From positions 97,528,001 through 97,592,000 of the forward strand of contig NC_087436.1 of NCBI RefSeq assembly GCF_036321535.1: a DNA stretch of 64,000 nucleotides. Direction: 5' to 3'. This stretch comes from Camelus dromedarius (Eukaryota). Below, piece after piece: positions 49,937-62,455 of the stretch. The position numbers were made by a program, and so were the translations under genes. Positions within the stretch are counted from its first letter, which is position 1; each line of letters begins with the position of its first letter. The notes under the pieces were generated by a model that worked only from the letters and a program-made list of their open reading frames with translations, ran no database searches and had not been told where the DNA came from.

Positions 49937-50003
49937 TTTTAGATCTCAGGATGAAAAAGATTCAAGCTATATATATATATCTTTCTCATCCTCAGATCCA
50001 AAA
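49937..50003. repeat. Inverted repeat, 25-bp arms, 17-nt loop
   Basis: 49937-49961 pairs with 49979-50003 at 22/25 positions. Confidence 0.9.
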
Positions 50004-51479
50004 TAGAGATAATTACAGCTTCTGTTTCATAGAATTGAGAAAAATTAAATTAGATAATGCATGTAAAGATTATATAATCATATATTTTATATATATGTAT
50101 ATATAATTTGTTAATGATAAACAAAGGATAATTTTTACTGTGGAAAGGTTTTTATAGTTTACACTGGAAAGAGTGGTATCTTATTATCTCTTTGGATTAA
50201 ACAATCATTTTAGGGAAAACCTAACAGTATGAACACTCACAATATTTTAACTGTGGGTCATCTGCAGATGGTTAGTCTATGATGTAGTGAGGATGGACTG
50301 ACATATACAGTGTTGGTAGAATTTCTCAACCAAATAAAAGACCTAATAGCATATTTTTATAACATATTACAGTGGGTTTTTTTTTTACAATCACAGAACT
50401 AACAGATGATCTACCAACTTATCTATATACAAGAAATCTGTATTACTTAACAGATTGTTAATTTATTATTGAAACTTTACTTCTACCCTCTATTTTCAAT
50501 ATTTGCAGGAGTGTTTACATGTATTCATGAGATTTTTTTTTCATTGCATTATTTTCATCTCAGATGACTTTAGTGGAGAAAGGGCAGTTGTGAACTTCTG
50601 ATAATGTAGTATGTGTTGTTGAAGAAGTGTGAACTGACTAATTAAATCCTACTTGAAAAAGAAAACTGATCCACTGCTCACACCTCTTCAACTGCTTTTA
50701 TCAAGCTTTAAGAGCTGCTATTCTGAAACAATATGGCCATTTCTGTCAACCTCAATAGACAGTTTTAGGCCAACTATATATATAATTAGGTGTCCTACAC
50801 GGCTGAGAGTTACTTTATGGAATATTTATTTTATTTTTTTGCTTGGAGAGTAAAAATCAACACAAATAGAAATTTAGCATACTAATGCTTTGCCCTTACA
50901 GATAACATATTGAAAATGTACCAAAAATGTCTCAATGGACATTTTTGTTCCTAGTACTGCCGATATTCAATCTTTTTGATAATTTTATGTGATATTTGAG
51001 TAATAGAGCACTTAACAAATGAAGTCAATTGCAGCAGAGGCATACTGGCTCTCAGTTTGTATCCTGAAGCATGAAGACTTAATTACCTTTAGTTTATCTA
51101 GATAGCTACAAGCAGCATAATTGGTCATAACGTTATACAGTGCTTTTTGGAATTTAGCATGATATTTGACTCAAGAGCTTCTTGCATCAGTGAATTCCAT
51201 TAGCAGACAGAATTCTTTCTGGAAACAATCTAATTCTCTTGGAAAACTGCACAGATAATGTTTCCTTATTTATACATACTGTATTTTTATTGGGATTGAT
51301 AAATTTTGCAAGAAAGTAAATAATAAATAAACCAAATTTGTTTTTGTTACAGAAAAATCTTACTTGTTAATAAAAAATGATAATGCACTCCATTAATTTA
51401 AGAACAGAAATGTTAATCTCAGTTATTGTGCAGAATGACTATTTCATATCTTTTCTACCCTACTATTTCTGACACTTCC

Positions 51480-51870
51480 TTGTTCTCGATCTTTTTTGTA
51501 GACTAGCATCTCCTCAGTTCACTCAAATCTGGATTTGCTTTCACCACTTCCCCAAGATCATCCTCACATATTTAAGTGTAGCTTTTATTTTTTTTTAAAT
51601 ATATCCAAAAGGTTTTCTTAAATGCCCTTTTCATTTATCACTCACTTTTTTTTAATATAAAACTTTCTGTACTCTGGAATCCCATGAGACAGCACTTTCC
51701 TCTTTCACCCTGAATTTCTCTGGCTATTATTTCTAATTCCTTTGCATGATCAGTCTCCTTTGTATTTAATGTTGTAGCCCCTCTCGGATTGATCCTAGAG
51801 CCTTTGTTTTCACAGACTTTCCTTAGGCAATATTGTAGACATTCATGACTTAATTCAGCTATACAAAAGA
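51480..51870 (+). mobile_element. L2 internal fragment, approximate bounds
   Basis: 'ctcaaatctggatttgctttcaccacttc', 'tttaatgttgtagcccctctcggattgatcctagagcc', 'ttccttaggcaa...cattcatgactt'. Confidence 0.55.
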
Positions 51871-52649
51871 GATCCAAACATCGTTGTATTCCTTAACATT
51901 ATCAGATAGGAAATAAATATTTATTAAGTGAATAATCAAATAAATAGAGTTAGAGCTCCCATTTCAAGTTACGCCATTGTGAACTTTAAAATGCTTCACT
52001 TAAAATTAAAATTAATGAGGTGAGTTTATCATGATACAGTCAACTAATTTTTTTCCTGGGAAAATAATTTTTTAAAATCACCTAAATATTTCATTTCCAA
52101 CTCTATAAAAATTTAAAAATAACTCTCTGAAAGAAAATATGAATTTTTTTTTTATTTTCCACTAAATATATGAATAGCCAACATAATGTTGGGCTTGAAT
52201 TTTGTCTCTACTTTTTAGTAGCTGGAATTTGTGTGATAGCATGTTTGTCTCTTTTTCTGTTGAGATCGATTTGCTCATTGATAATATGGAAACCATGAGG
52301 TATTCCTCAAGTTATTTTAGGAGTAAGTCAACTGATTTACATTCAACTACCAGATTGTGCTCGTCTCATATTAAGAGCTCAGCAAACATGTTATTTTTCT
52401 TGGCTTTTCCATTTCAGTGTTCTCTCTCTTCTTCTCTAAGATGCCACTTAATGCCAACATGAGCCATTCCTTTCCACCTGTGTATCTATGTATCTATCTA
52501 TTTATCTAATCTGTAAATATTTTACTGAGCTGTTGTTAAATTTTGTTATCCACTAAGACATTAAATGACAACATCATAAGTATTTTTGTGACCTCATCAA
52601 AGAGGAATAGAAGAAAAATGTAGATAAGAATCCTTTCTAAAGTACAGGT

Positions 52650-52840
52650 TAAAGAGCCTGGACTGTGGTATCAGAAGGAAGTGAGTTAGAACCCTACCTT
52701 GATCATTATAACTTAAGGCAAGCTGCATTATCTTTCAAAGACCATGTATGAGAAATTAACATGACATTTGTGAACTGCCTGTGATGTTCATAATATCTGC
52801 AAATATATAATAAAGTACTCAATAAATTCTACCTCTTATT
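52650..52840 (+). mobile_element. MIR
   Basis: 'ggttaaagagcctggactgtggtatcaga...gagttagaacc...acttaaggcaag...aagtactcaataaatt'. Confidence 0.65.
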
Positions 52841-53964
52841 TTCATCGTCACCCCTGAAACTGCTAGATGCATAATATATCTGACTTCTCCTTATTCTGTT
52901 TACTTATAAAGGCTGATTTTAATACAAATATAAAGCACTGGGTGTACATAGATATTTGTGTAATTTTAATACTAGGTTTATAATTTGTGTTTTTAAAAGC
53001 TTTTAAGAAAGAATTATTTTGTATAATATCTAAGTAAAGCCAAATTTTATTTCCCTAGATTAACCGATTTAATAAATGAAACTCTGAAAGTCCTAGGAAG
53101 ATTTCACTAAAGTCTGATTCTTTAAGTCCATATCAATTCCCTCATTTATTTTTGATTTATCATATTCTAGGATTTTAGAACCCTGTACTTGCAAAATTAA
53201 AGTGCTTAGCTTGCACGTACTGTCCTGTCCCCAGGCTCCCTGCCCAGTGGCTTTGTAGTATTTGTACCACTTAGTCAGACTTCAGCTTCCCACTAATAAC
53301 AAACAAACAAAAACTTAATTGAAGTTTAGATTAAGGAAGTAAATAGTTGATAAAATATGTATATTTTACTATTTTATATGTTTCCCACAGCTTCAGTGTT
53401 AAAAAGTTTTCAGGAATGTTTCATACTAATAACAATAAACTGATCCATTAAAAAAAATGATGGCTATCTTACATTATGACTTCCTTCTTTGAGCTTATTG
53501 ATTTTGGTATAATCCTTTTATTTGGAACAAACTTCTTAAAAAGTAATTTTATATGGAAAGAACAAAAAATAGTTGTTTATTAAGTTCCATTAATATTTCA
53601 TAACCTACCTTAGTATGTTTTTAATTATTTTAAGGGTTGGAATGAAAAGTAGCATGACTAGAGTAACCAAGTTACATGCAATTTTAAATATTATGGATAA
53701 GAAATCAGGTAATATTTACTACAAGAATAATTCTTTAAAATTTTTTTTTAGTACTCAAAACAAAATTTTTCTTATGTACATGCCTACTTCCTGTTGTTTT
53801 AAATTGTTCTGATGTAAAAGATTGCAGCTCTGCTATGTTTTATATGTTCAGGCTGGCATTATTCCTTAGTCAGTGTCTAACTTAATGCCAGATCTCTATA
53901 CTTCTACTTAAGCATATTGAAAATTTAAATGAAGAAATTAAAACAAACAAAATTCTCACAGCTG

Positions 53965-54185
53965 ATTAGGACATATTTTACTGGAGCATGCTTCTATGCC
54001 TTGTTATGTATCACTTCAACAATACTCAACTTTATGGCTTGGGCTATATCATTACCCTATTTTACAGCTGAGAAGGCTGAGGCACAGAAATATTCAGGGA
54101 GTTGCCCCAGGACACAGAACCAGGAAGAAAGTTCCAGGATGATGACTCAGATTATGGAACTAAATAGACTTCTAGCATTTACCTT
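53965..54185 (-). mobile_element. MIR
   Basis: 'atcattaccctattttacagctgagaaggctgaggcacagaaatattcagggagttgccccaggacacag'. Confidence 0.8.
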
Positions 54186-54758
54186 GCTATGCACATCCAA
54201 TCTATCTTATACAAGTTCTATGTTTTAACATCAATTATGGAATATTACTTACATATTGTTAATAACTGAACACTGAACCTTAAAGTTTATCACAATAGGT
54301 GAGAAATGTGTCCCCATTCTAAAGATAAAGACATTTTGGCAAGAATGAGATTGCAAATTTAAAATTTACTTGGAATAAGCATTATAATACCTGCAAATAA
54401 AATTGTTAATGCTTGAATACAATTTTAAAAGCTATGGTTTTCTTTAATTTATCATCCAGACACAGGGGGAAGACTTCCAACATAACTCTTCTAAAAGCTG
54501 GAGTGGGAAAGAATTAAATTATTTCCTATTTTGCACACTATCAAGCCAGTTCCTTCAATAAGTAAAGGAGGTAATAAGTTTAAATAAGACAATAGAAGTC
54601 TTCCATGAGGGTATACATCATTAAATTTCAAAGGCCACTAAGTTTGAGTCTATTTCCCAGCATGAGTTTATCCTACCTTGTAGTCACTGGCTTAATTTTC
54701 CCAATCACAGTCTCTGTGAAAGGTGATAATAAGACCCAGATATCTTGTTGGAAAGCTT

Positions 54759-55383
54759 CGTGGGTAGGCAGAATGATGGCTCCCCAAAGATGCGCTTGTT
54801 CTCATTCCTTGTGTTTAATCTGTGAATGTTAACATCACATGACAAAAGAGAATTATAGTTGCAAATGGAATTAATGTTTTAATTAGTTGACCTTAAAATA
54901 TGGAGGGTATCCTAGATTATCTACGTGGGTTCAGTGCAGTAGTCACATAGGTCTTTAAAAGTGGAAGAGGAAGCAAAGAGAGGTAAAACAATGGAAGAAG
55001 AAGGCAAGGAGATGGCAGCATGTGAAGGATTTCAGACCCTTTTGCTAGTTTTCAAAAGTAGGGAGCCGTGTGCAGGGATGAGAAAGACACTTCTAGTTGC
55101 AAAGGACAGCCCCAGATTACAGCGAGCAGGGAAATGGAGACCTCAGGACAATTGCATGGAGCTTACTGAATCATGCCTACCCCTGAATGCCCAGGGAAAT
55201 GGATTTTCCCCTAGAGCCCACAGAAAGGAATGCAATGTGTTGACATGTAGATTTTAGCCAGTGAGATAATGCTGCACTTCTGATTTCCAGAACTGTAAGA
55301 TAATAAATTTGTGTTGTTTTAAGCCACTAATAAATTTGTAGTAATTTGTTATTTTGTTGTTGTAGTAATAAGAAATGAATACA
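54759..55383 (+). mobile_element. MaLR solo LTR (MLT1D/E-like)
   Basis: 'gtaggcagaatgatggctccccaaagatg...gcaaatggaattaatg...ccagaactgtaagataataaatttgtgttgttttaagccactaa...gaaatgaataca'. Confidence 0.9.
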
Positions 55384-55736
55384 CTCTGAATCCATATATC
55401 TCCACTCTTAAAATATTCTATCAATCGTCATTATGTTTCATTCTGAACATTTTAACGTACAAATAATGACTCAGTCCTCTCTTTGATTATTTAAATCTTT
55501 CAAAAATAGGTGGAATCTTGCCATGATAGGGGCTATATTACATGATGGAGGATGGAATCACATGATCAGTAAAATTCCATCACTTATGAATGGTTATGTG
55601 ACTGGGAAGAATTTGTCACTCTCCTGTACCACCCAAGGGCAGGTGCCTTGCATATTCCTTTCCTAATGAGCAATAACTCTCTAGTATTAATTATGCTGTT
55701 TTCTGTTTGGGGCTATTATATATGCCCTAGGGCTTT

Positions 55737-55898
55737 TTAAATTTTATATTTTATTTTATTTATTTTTACTTTTATTTTTCTGGGGGGAGATAATTAGGTT
55801 ATTTATTTATTTACTTATTTAATGGAGGTACTGGTGATTGAATTTAGGACCTCCTGCATACTAAGCATGCACTCTACCACTGAGCTTTAACCTCCCCC
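55737..55898 (-). mobile_element. tRNA-Ala-derived SINE (Vic-1-like, camelid), long form
   Basis: Minus strand GGGGGAGGTTAAAGCTCAGTGGTAGAGTGCATGCTTAGTATGCAGGAGGTCCTAAATTCAATCACCAGTACCTCCA, then AAAT-rich segment, CCTAATTATCTCCCCCC and A tail; 14-bp TSD tgccYtagRgcttt (55723, 55901). Confidence 0.93.
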
Positions 55899-56535
55899 TC
55901 TGCCTTAGAGCTTTGAAAAGCAACACTTCACCTTGGGATACTGTGAGAGGACCACGGCAAAGTCTTATTTCCTGGAATGACACCACTGCTTCTTGTTCAT
56001 CCATAGACAGCATGTTGGCAGCTGTAGGTGGAGGCCTCTCAGCAAAGACCAACCAGACGATGAGCTCAGCTAGGAGAGCACTTCGGCTCTGCTGACAGAA
56101 GGTGCTCATTTAAAGTCATGTTTTTTGTAGGCTTTGACTCTCATAGGTGTCCCTGGTATTGGTCAAGTATTGTTCTGGGCAGTTTCCAGGCGCCAGTTCT
56201 CTCTCTCCATCAGTGAGTGTGATCCCCTTGTCTCAGGCTTCTCAGATCTACTCCAAAATCATGTCCTTCTCTTCTCCAACTATTCAGTCCTGTGAATCCC
56301 TGCAGAGCTGAATAATCTGATTTTGCTTTTACGTCTTCCAAATTGTTGTAATAAAAAACTGTTGCCTTGACTCCCTCAGAGTCTTCCATTCTGATTACTT
56401 CGAGACCTTTCTACTCTCAGCACAACCAGCTCTTAGAAATCAAAATTTTGGTTTTATTATTTGTTGTGTTTGTACAGATCTTTTATAATAAGCCTAAATT
56501 TCCCCAAAGAAATATGGATACTTCTCCCACTAAAA

Positions 56536-56710
56536 TAGTGATTCTCAGACCTGGCTATACATTAGGATCAACTGGAATTTAAATTACCAATATTCATGCA
56601 CCAACTCATGAATCATATCTAATTGCTCTGGAATGTAGCCTAAAAATCAGTGTTTTTTTTTTTAAAAGTTGCCTGGGGAGTTTAGTATGCAGCTACCGTT
56701 GAAATAAGAT
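56536..56710. mobile_element. hAT-Charlie MER5-like element
   Basis: 'tagtgattctcagacctggctatacattaggatcaactgga...taattgctctggaatgtagcct...tatgcagctaccgttgaaa'. Confidence 0.7.
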
Positions 56711-59578
56711 ACAACAAGAAGATTCATATACAAACAAGAATTAAAAAGTAAAGTACAATGATTGTTATTTCAATATGTTATCATGTTATAAATATTTAAC
56801 ACTACAGGAAAAATTACCAGTTTGGAGGCTTTTCAAATATTAAATAATTGTGAGATTTGTTTAATCTTTACAGTTATACAAAATGTTAGGCAGACAAACA
56901 ATACACAATGCAAAAAACATTTTAATGCAATGAATATATTCCTGTGGGGATTGCCCATGGAAACCAGACAAAAAGTTCAGTCATGTCATTTTGTTTCAAA
57001 ACATTAATGGAGAAAAATATTTAATACCATTGATTTGGAAAGATTCTTAATTCCTATAAAAGAATTTTAAATGAATTCAATCCTTATTTTTTGGAAGGAG
57101 GCTTTAAATTTGGAAATTATAAAAATGTTTGTAGATATACCTGCAAGACCATTTTTTAAAATAAAAATGTATTCTATTTTTAAATTTATTTTGAAATTTT
57201 AAAATTTTGATCCAGGCATCATCTTAGGTTACATGATTTCTCCAAATGTTAATACAACGTATTTTGTGCCACCTGGGAATTTATATTCTACTGGGGAGCA
57301 AATAGGAAATAGACAAAAATGCTATATAAATAAAAGCAGTTTTCTGTAGTTTTGTTTTAATGTTAATAGAATTGGAATACAGCTAATCATATATTCACCA
57401 AATTTGGAGAATAAGATTTGGGATGATCTGTCAAAGAATGTAGGCTAGATGGACTCTAAGAGCATCCCAGTGACAGAGGTAGCAACACTAAAAAGCAAAT
57501 AGCAGAGATTTCTATTGTGACTCAATCAGAATAGACATTCATATACAGGTTAGATTCTTTTGAAGCACTTTGAATAGGTGAATAGCATGCCTAGACAAGT
57601 TGGTTGGACTTCTCTGGCTATGGTGTGCAGGATGTATTAAAGATTTAGATTCAATAAGTAGATACAGATTCAATAATAAGGAAGTTTTAAAAATAATTCA
57701 AGAAAAGATGTAGCCTAAACTACGGCCTTTAAAAAATATCTATTCTTTAATAATTTTAGGGAAAAATAATTTATTCAGATTCTTTTGTGGTGAAAAACAG
57801 AGTCATCTCCAGGATAATGTCATTAAAGGCAGTGCAATGGGCAATGGCGCTAGGACTGGATGAGTGTGCAGCCTCCCAGTAAACATCTTGGACTGTAACA
57901 CACAAACACCTGCGATCTAGAACTTTTAATGCACATTTGCCACTATTTTGTAAATTGTCAGTAAAATGGGGTGTGAGGTTTCTGTATATATTTGGTGTAA
58001 GGGGGTAGACTGTGTAATCCTGAATTCTACTAACAGATTAAATTGAGTGAGGGACTGTGTCTGATAAAAAGATTAGGTTTAAATAAACTATGTCTGTCTG
58101 GTTGTTTGCCTCATAATAGCCAAGATGGATATACTACCAGGTTATCGAATTTAGTAGAATGGTGGACAAAATAACTTGAATAGAATACTGTCAATAGAAC
58201 AGTATGGTTAGAGTGTTTTCGTTTTGTATTTTAGAAATAAAGTCTGGGTTCATGTCATGAGTAGAAGAGACTTTAAAACTTTCATGCTAGTCTCTTGAAT
58301 CCAATTTGACTTTTCTGAATTGAGTAAAAGAATATCTGTCATCTCAATAATGGAATTATGTCAGTGAGTATCATGGGATGCACTACATCAGGAAGAGATG
58401 GCCAAGTAAGCAGTTTATTCTGGTTGTGTGCCAGAAAGGTATCAAGCATCTCCATGGATTTCCAGAAATCAGATAACTTTTCAGTCTCTTCTGAGCCTGA
58501 GAGACTTTCAAAATACTGGGTAACATATGCCAGTTCTAATGATAATGAAAAAAGTGGTTTAATGCAAGGTATTGGTACAGAGAAAACTGGAAAATATTGA
58601 CAGTAAAATTAGCATAAGGGAACAGCTCAAGCATATTAAAACAGTATCCTAGTTATGTAAAATTTATAAATTTATGCTTCCAGTAGAGTCACTAAAAGGG
58701 ATCTGTTATTGAAATTCCATTCCACTCCATTATAGAGTCAAATGTTCTTTTATTTCCATGGGGAGAAGTTCAGTCCCAGATGCCTTTCTCCCCTCCCCTG
58801 TCAGTAGAAGTTCCACATTTGTACTCGAGCACAGAAAAATTCTATTTTACTGAAAGCCCTAAGAGATTTTTTATCATATACTATTTTCCAATGCCTTGTT
58901 ACAAAATCCAAGCAATTTACATTATAAAATGCTAATAAAAGTCTTGTGTCTCATCATCTGTTTCTTCTCAATTCTTATATTTACCTCAGTGGAGGAGACT
59001 CCTCTTTCTACATCAACTGATCGTGTTACGTAATGTATGCAAAAGAGTATTGTGTAATGTGATTTTACAGTGCCGCTAGTGGTTCAGAATTCATCATGAA
59101 GGTAGTTCTGTTTATTTCCTTTTAAACTTTCTATATAATTTCAAGAATACAGATCTGCTATTGTTCTCTGAAGGTTTTTCATGTAATGTGAAAGAAAGGA
59201 AGAAGGAGGCCTTTGCTTGTTTCTTTGAGTGTTTTTCCGACCCATGGTGGTTTTTCCAAGTCACTGAACTATGAGACAGGTGCTTAATTCTTAAGTGACT
59301 ATAATCAACATATCATCAGGATTTTGAATGGACCAATGAGCACATGGGAGCGAATTAAAAGGCGAAGCAGAGATGTAAAATTAAAAGTACACTGTAAGGC
59401 CATTTCTCCCTGACTTACCTAAGCCCCCTTCACCTTTGATGCCTCTAGCTGGACAATTTTAGTGAGGTCTGTATTTTTCAGAGTAATTGTCACTCATCTT
59501 AAAAGAGACATTTCTCATTTAGGCTGGAGGGGTAAAGAAATGCACTTAAATGCAGGCAAAAAAGAGAGAATAGACATT

Positions 59579-59585
<7 letters not shown>

Positions 59586-59618
<33 letters not shown>
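59586..59618. repeat. (AT)16 microsatellite
   Basis: Read directly. Confidence 0.97.
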
Positions 59619-59622
<4 letters not shown>

Positions 59623-61225
59623 CATATATTCCAAGGAGTCAAATACTGAGCATTATGTACGCAAGGGATCATTAATTATCCAAATATATAATAAATGTAT
59701 ATTTCAACTCAAAAGATCATAATACAATTCAAAGCTTATCTTACAAGCATCTATTATACTGCATGGGTCGTTTACTAAACAAATTATGCAACTTTTAGAT
59801 TTTGAAAATGGTAAAGATCTGAACCATGTATTCCGTACTTTATGTATTTGGAAATTGTTTCAGAAGTATGTGATAGTATTTTCTATATGGATGTCTTTGT
59901 CCTTAATAGCAAAAGTAGAAAAACAGTAGTTAATATTTTATACAAAAGTAAATTTTGATGAAGCTATTTGATGCTGTAGGTACTGTGCCTAGCAATGCCT
60001 TTCCACTGTGTTAAACATGTAAATATGTGCTCACTAAAACAGGTGACCTTGCCTAAGACTGACTAGATAGACTATTATCATGTTTGTAGTGTTTGTGTTT
60101 ATAAGTGGGTTTTTTTTTTTTTTGCCGTTATCAGATTTTTAAATAGATGACCCACCATTCAGGCTGACCAAAACTAACAAAGACCGATATTATGAGAATC
60201 AATCTTTATAAACTGAAAGACGCTTTCTACATTTTAGGTGTTCTTGTTAATAACTCACATCCTGATCGACAGAGTGTCTAAGACATAAGAAATTGTGTGT
60301 CACTTAGAATGACAGTTGAACTCTCTCATCCCAGGGAAAACCACTTAGGATAGCAGAGACTTAAGTCACTTTTTTTTCCTCTCTCTCTGTATCAGGAACA
60401 TGATAAAGAGTGTGCTTTACTTCCTATAGTCCAAGTTGTAAAGGAATCATTGTATATGAAAAGGAACAGTGGAAATATGTGAAAGACAATAATTAGATTT
60501 GGCCAACCCTGCATTCTGAGAATTGCCTTCTCTGTTTCCTTCTTCCTTATCCACAAAATTACAGAAAAAGAATCTTGGATTACATTCTGAACAATGTGAA
60601 GTGTATCCCACCATGTGCCACATCCCTGAGCCTTGTGTAATTGATGAGCCCAGAGTGGGCCAAATCATTTATTTCCCTAGGTGTCCGAATTTTTGATATG
60701 GAGGGAAAGTCTAGGTCTCTCCTCAGGTTGCTGTAACTAGATATTGTGAGAAGAGCACCTTTCATTTTCTATGCACAGTACAAAGGCAGAGAATCTCTGT
60801 CCTCAGAGTCAGAGAATAATGATGCTGTGAGGAACAAGGTGAGAGGTGGAGAGAAAACCCGGGGAGTCTTTTTTTCCCTAGTTTTATTCCAATGGATTTC
60901 AGTGTTTATCCTTATTATAAATCACTGTTTTTCTTTTGATTTTAAGCTGTTTCATGTGTGTCACATTTTAGAAAGCTCTATAAAATTTAAGTTTTAAGAT
61001 TCACTGCTAACCTTATTGATTGTATCAATAACAAAATTTCCAACATTTTCCATCCAATATCAAGTATAGCAGGTATTTAAAATTAATTGGTTAACATTTT
61101 TTCTAATTCTTCAAATAATCTCTGATATAATTGAATATAAACCCGGTACATTCAACTGTATTCTCATCCTGAGACATTATTGTATTTTTAAAATAGAATG
61201 GATTAATACTGTGTTGAGTAGCCAC

Positions 61226-61358
61226 TGTGGGAAACAATTCTTTTTGGGTGTCTCCTGTTTCCATACACCTTGTTTGCAAAGTGCTGACTGCCTTTGTCTT
61301 GAACTACAATTTTAAGATGTTTGTATCATAAATTGCCATGGGAGGTGTAGTTAGTGCT
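61226..61358 (+). mobile_element. 5' fragment of an ERV1 LTR (MER89/MER90-like)
   Basis: 'tgtgggaaacaattct...ctgactgcctttgtcttgaactac...aagatgtttgtat'. Confidence 0.55.
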
Positions 61359-61359
61359 C

Positions 61360-61545
61360 ACAAAAAAGAAGCAGACTCACAAATATAGAGAACTCACTGT
61401 GATTGCCAGCAGGGAAAGGGAAGGGGAAGGGGCAATATACGGGCAGGGGAGTTAGAGGTACAAACTGTTATGTATAAAATAAGCTACAAGGATATATTGT
61501 ACAATACGGGGAATATAGTTGATATTTTATAATAACTAAAAAAAA
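61360..61545 (+). mobile_element. L1 3'-UTR fragment
   Basis: 'gcagactcacaaatatagagaac...gaggtacaaactgttatgtataaaataagctacaaggatatattgtacaatacggggaatatag'. Confidence 0.85.
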
Positions 61546-61619
61546 TTAAGATTGTAAATTTACTTTATGTATTATTTTACCACTATAATTTTTTTTTAAA
61601 GAGGTAAAAAAAAGATCTC

Positions 61620-62147
61620 TGTTGCTCTTGCCACAGTTTAAGTCACAACTGATTTCTGTTGCAGACGCAGTTCAGTGGGAGCTCAGCCTCACCCCTCCAA
61701 GCCAACAGCCCTTGTTCAGTGTAGTCAGGACAACTGTTTAACCTAGGGCTTCTCCAAAGCAGGGAGCTCATCCAGCCCTCAGCTTCTATGCAAGCAAGGC
61801 TGAATGGCCAGGCAAACATCCTTAGGGAAATTTCCAAGGAAGGGTGAATAACATTCTGGATATAAATATCCTTGCCCTTTTGTTCCCAATATATACAGCT
61901 CTGGGAAGAAGTCTGTAGGCTTTCAGAAGATACCACCAGCATAACCTCTCTATCTCACAGCAGTGATGTCAATAAACTCAATAATACATCCTTATATGGC
62001 CATATCCTCCTTCTTTGACTCTCTCTCCTAAAGCCGTCTCCTTTCTGCCTCTGGGGATCACCTCCCCCGTATACCAATCTGTCACCTACAATCCTGTAAC
62101 CAAGTGCTTACCTCATGCTAAGCTCTAGGCAGAACACAAATGAAAAT
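61620..62147 (+). mobile_element. ERVL LTR16-like solo LTR
   Basis: 'gggtgaataacattctgga...cagctctgggaag...ctcacagcagtgat...tctggggatcacctccc'; end resembles gggaacccaaactaagaca. Confidence 0.6.
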
Positions 62148-62154
62148 GTAATTT

Positions 62155-62310
62155 AATTGAAATTTATTGAATGTCTCCATATAGCAGGCATACTATACAC
62201 TTTATCTCCATTAGACTCAGAAAAATCCTTTATTTTTTCTATGTTCTCAATTTTACAGAAGAAGAAATGAATGATAGAAGAATTGAGTCCAGGTGTCTTA
62301 ATCCAATGCC
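62155..62310 (-). mobile_element. MIR fragment
   Basis: 'atttattgaatgtctccatatagcaggcatact...caattttacagaagaagaaatga'. Confidence 0.6.
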
Positions 62311-62455
62311 CCCTATCTTTTATTCTTAATCTAAGCCCACAATAACTAGTCAGAATTAGGTGTGTTTTAGGTGATATCCTTGGAAAGAGCATCTCAAAGG
62401 TTCTTTTGTATTCCTAGACCTAACTCTGACTTTCAGTCACGTATTGCTCTGCAGT

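Noticed and set aside
55861..56109. Overlapping antiparallel ORFs (82 aa minus, 60 aa plus)
   Set aside because: No recognisable homology, no good splice context, and the minus ORF runs into the SINE head
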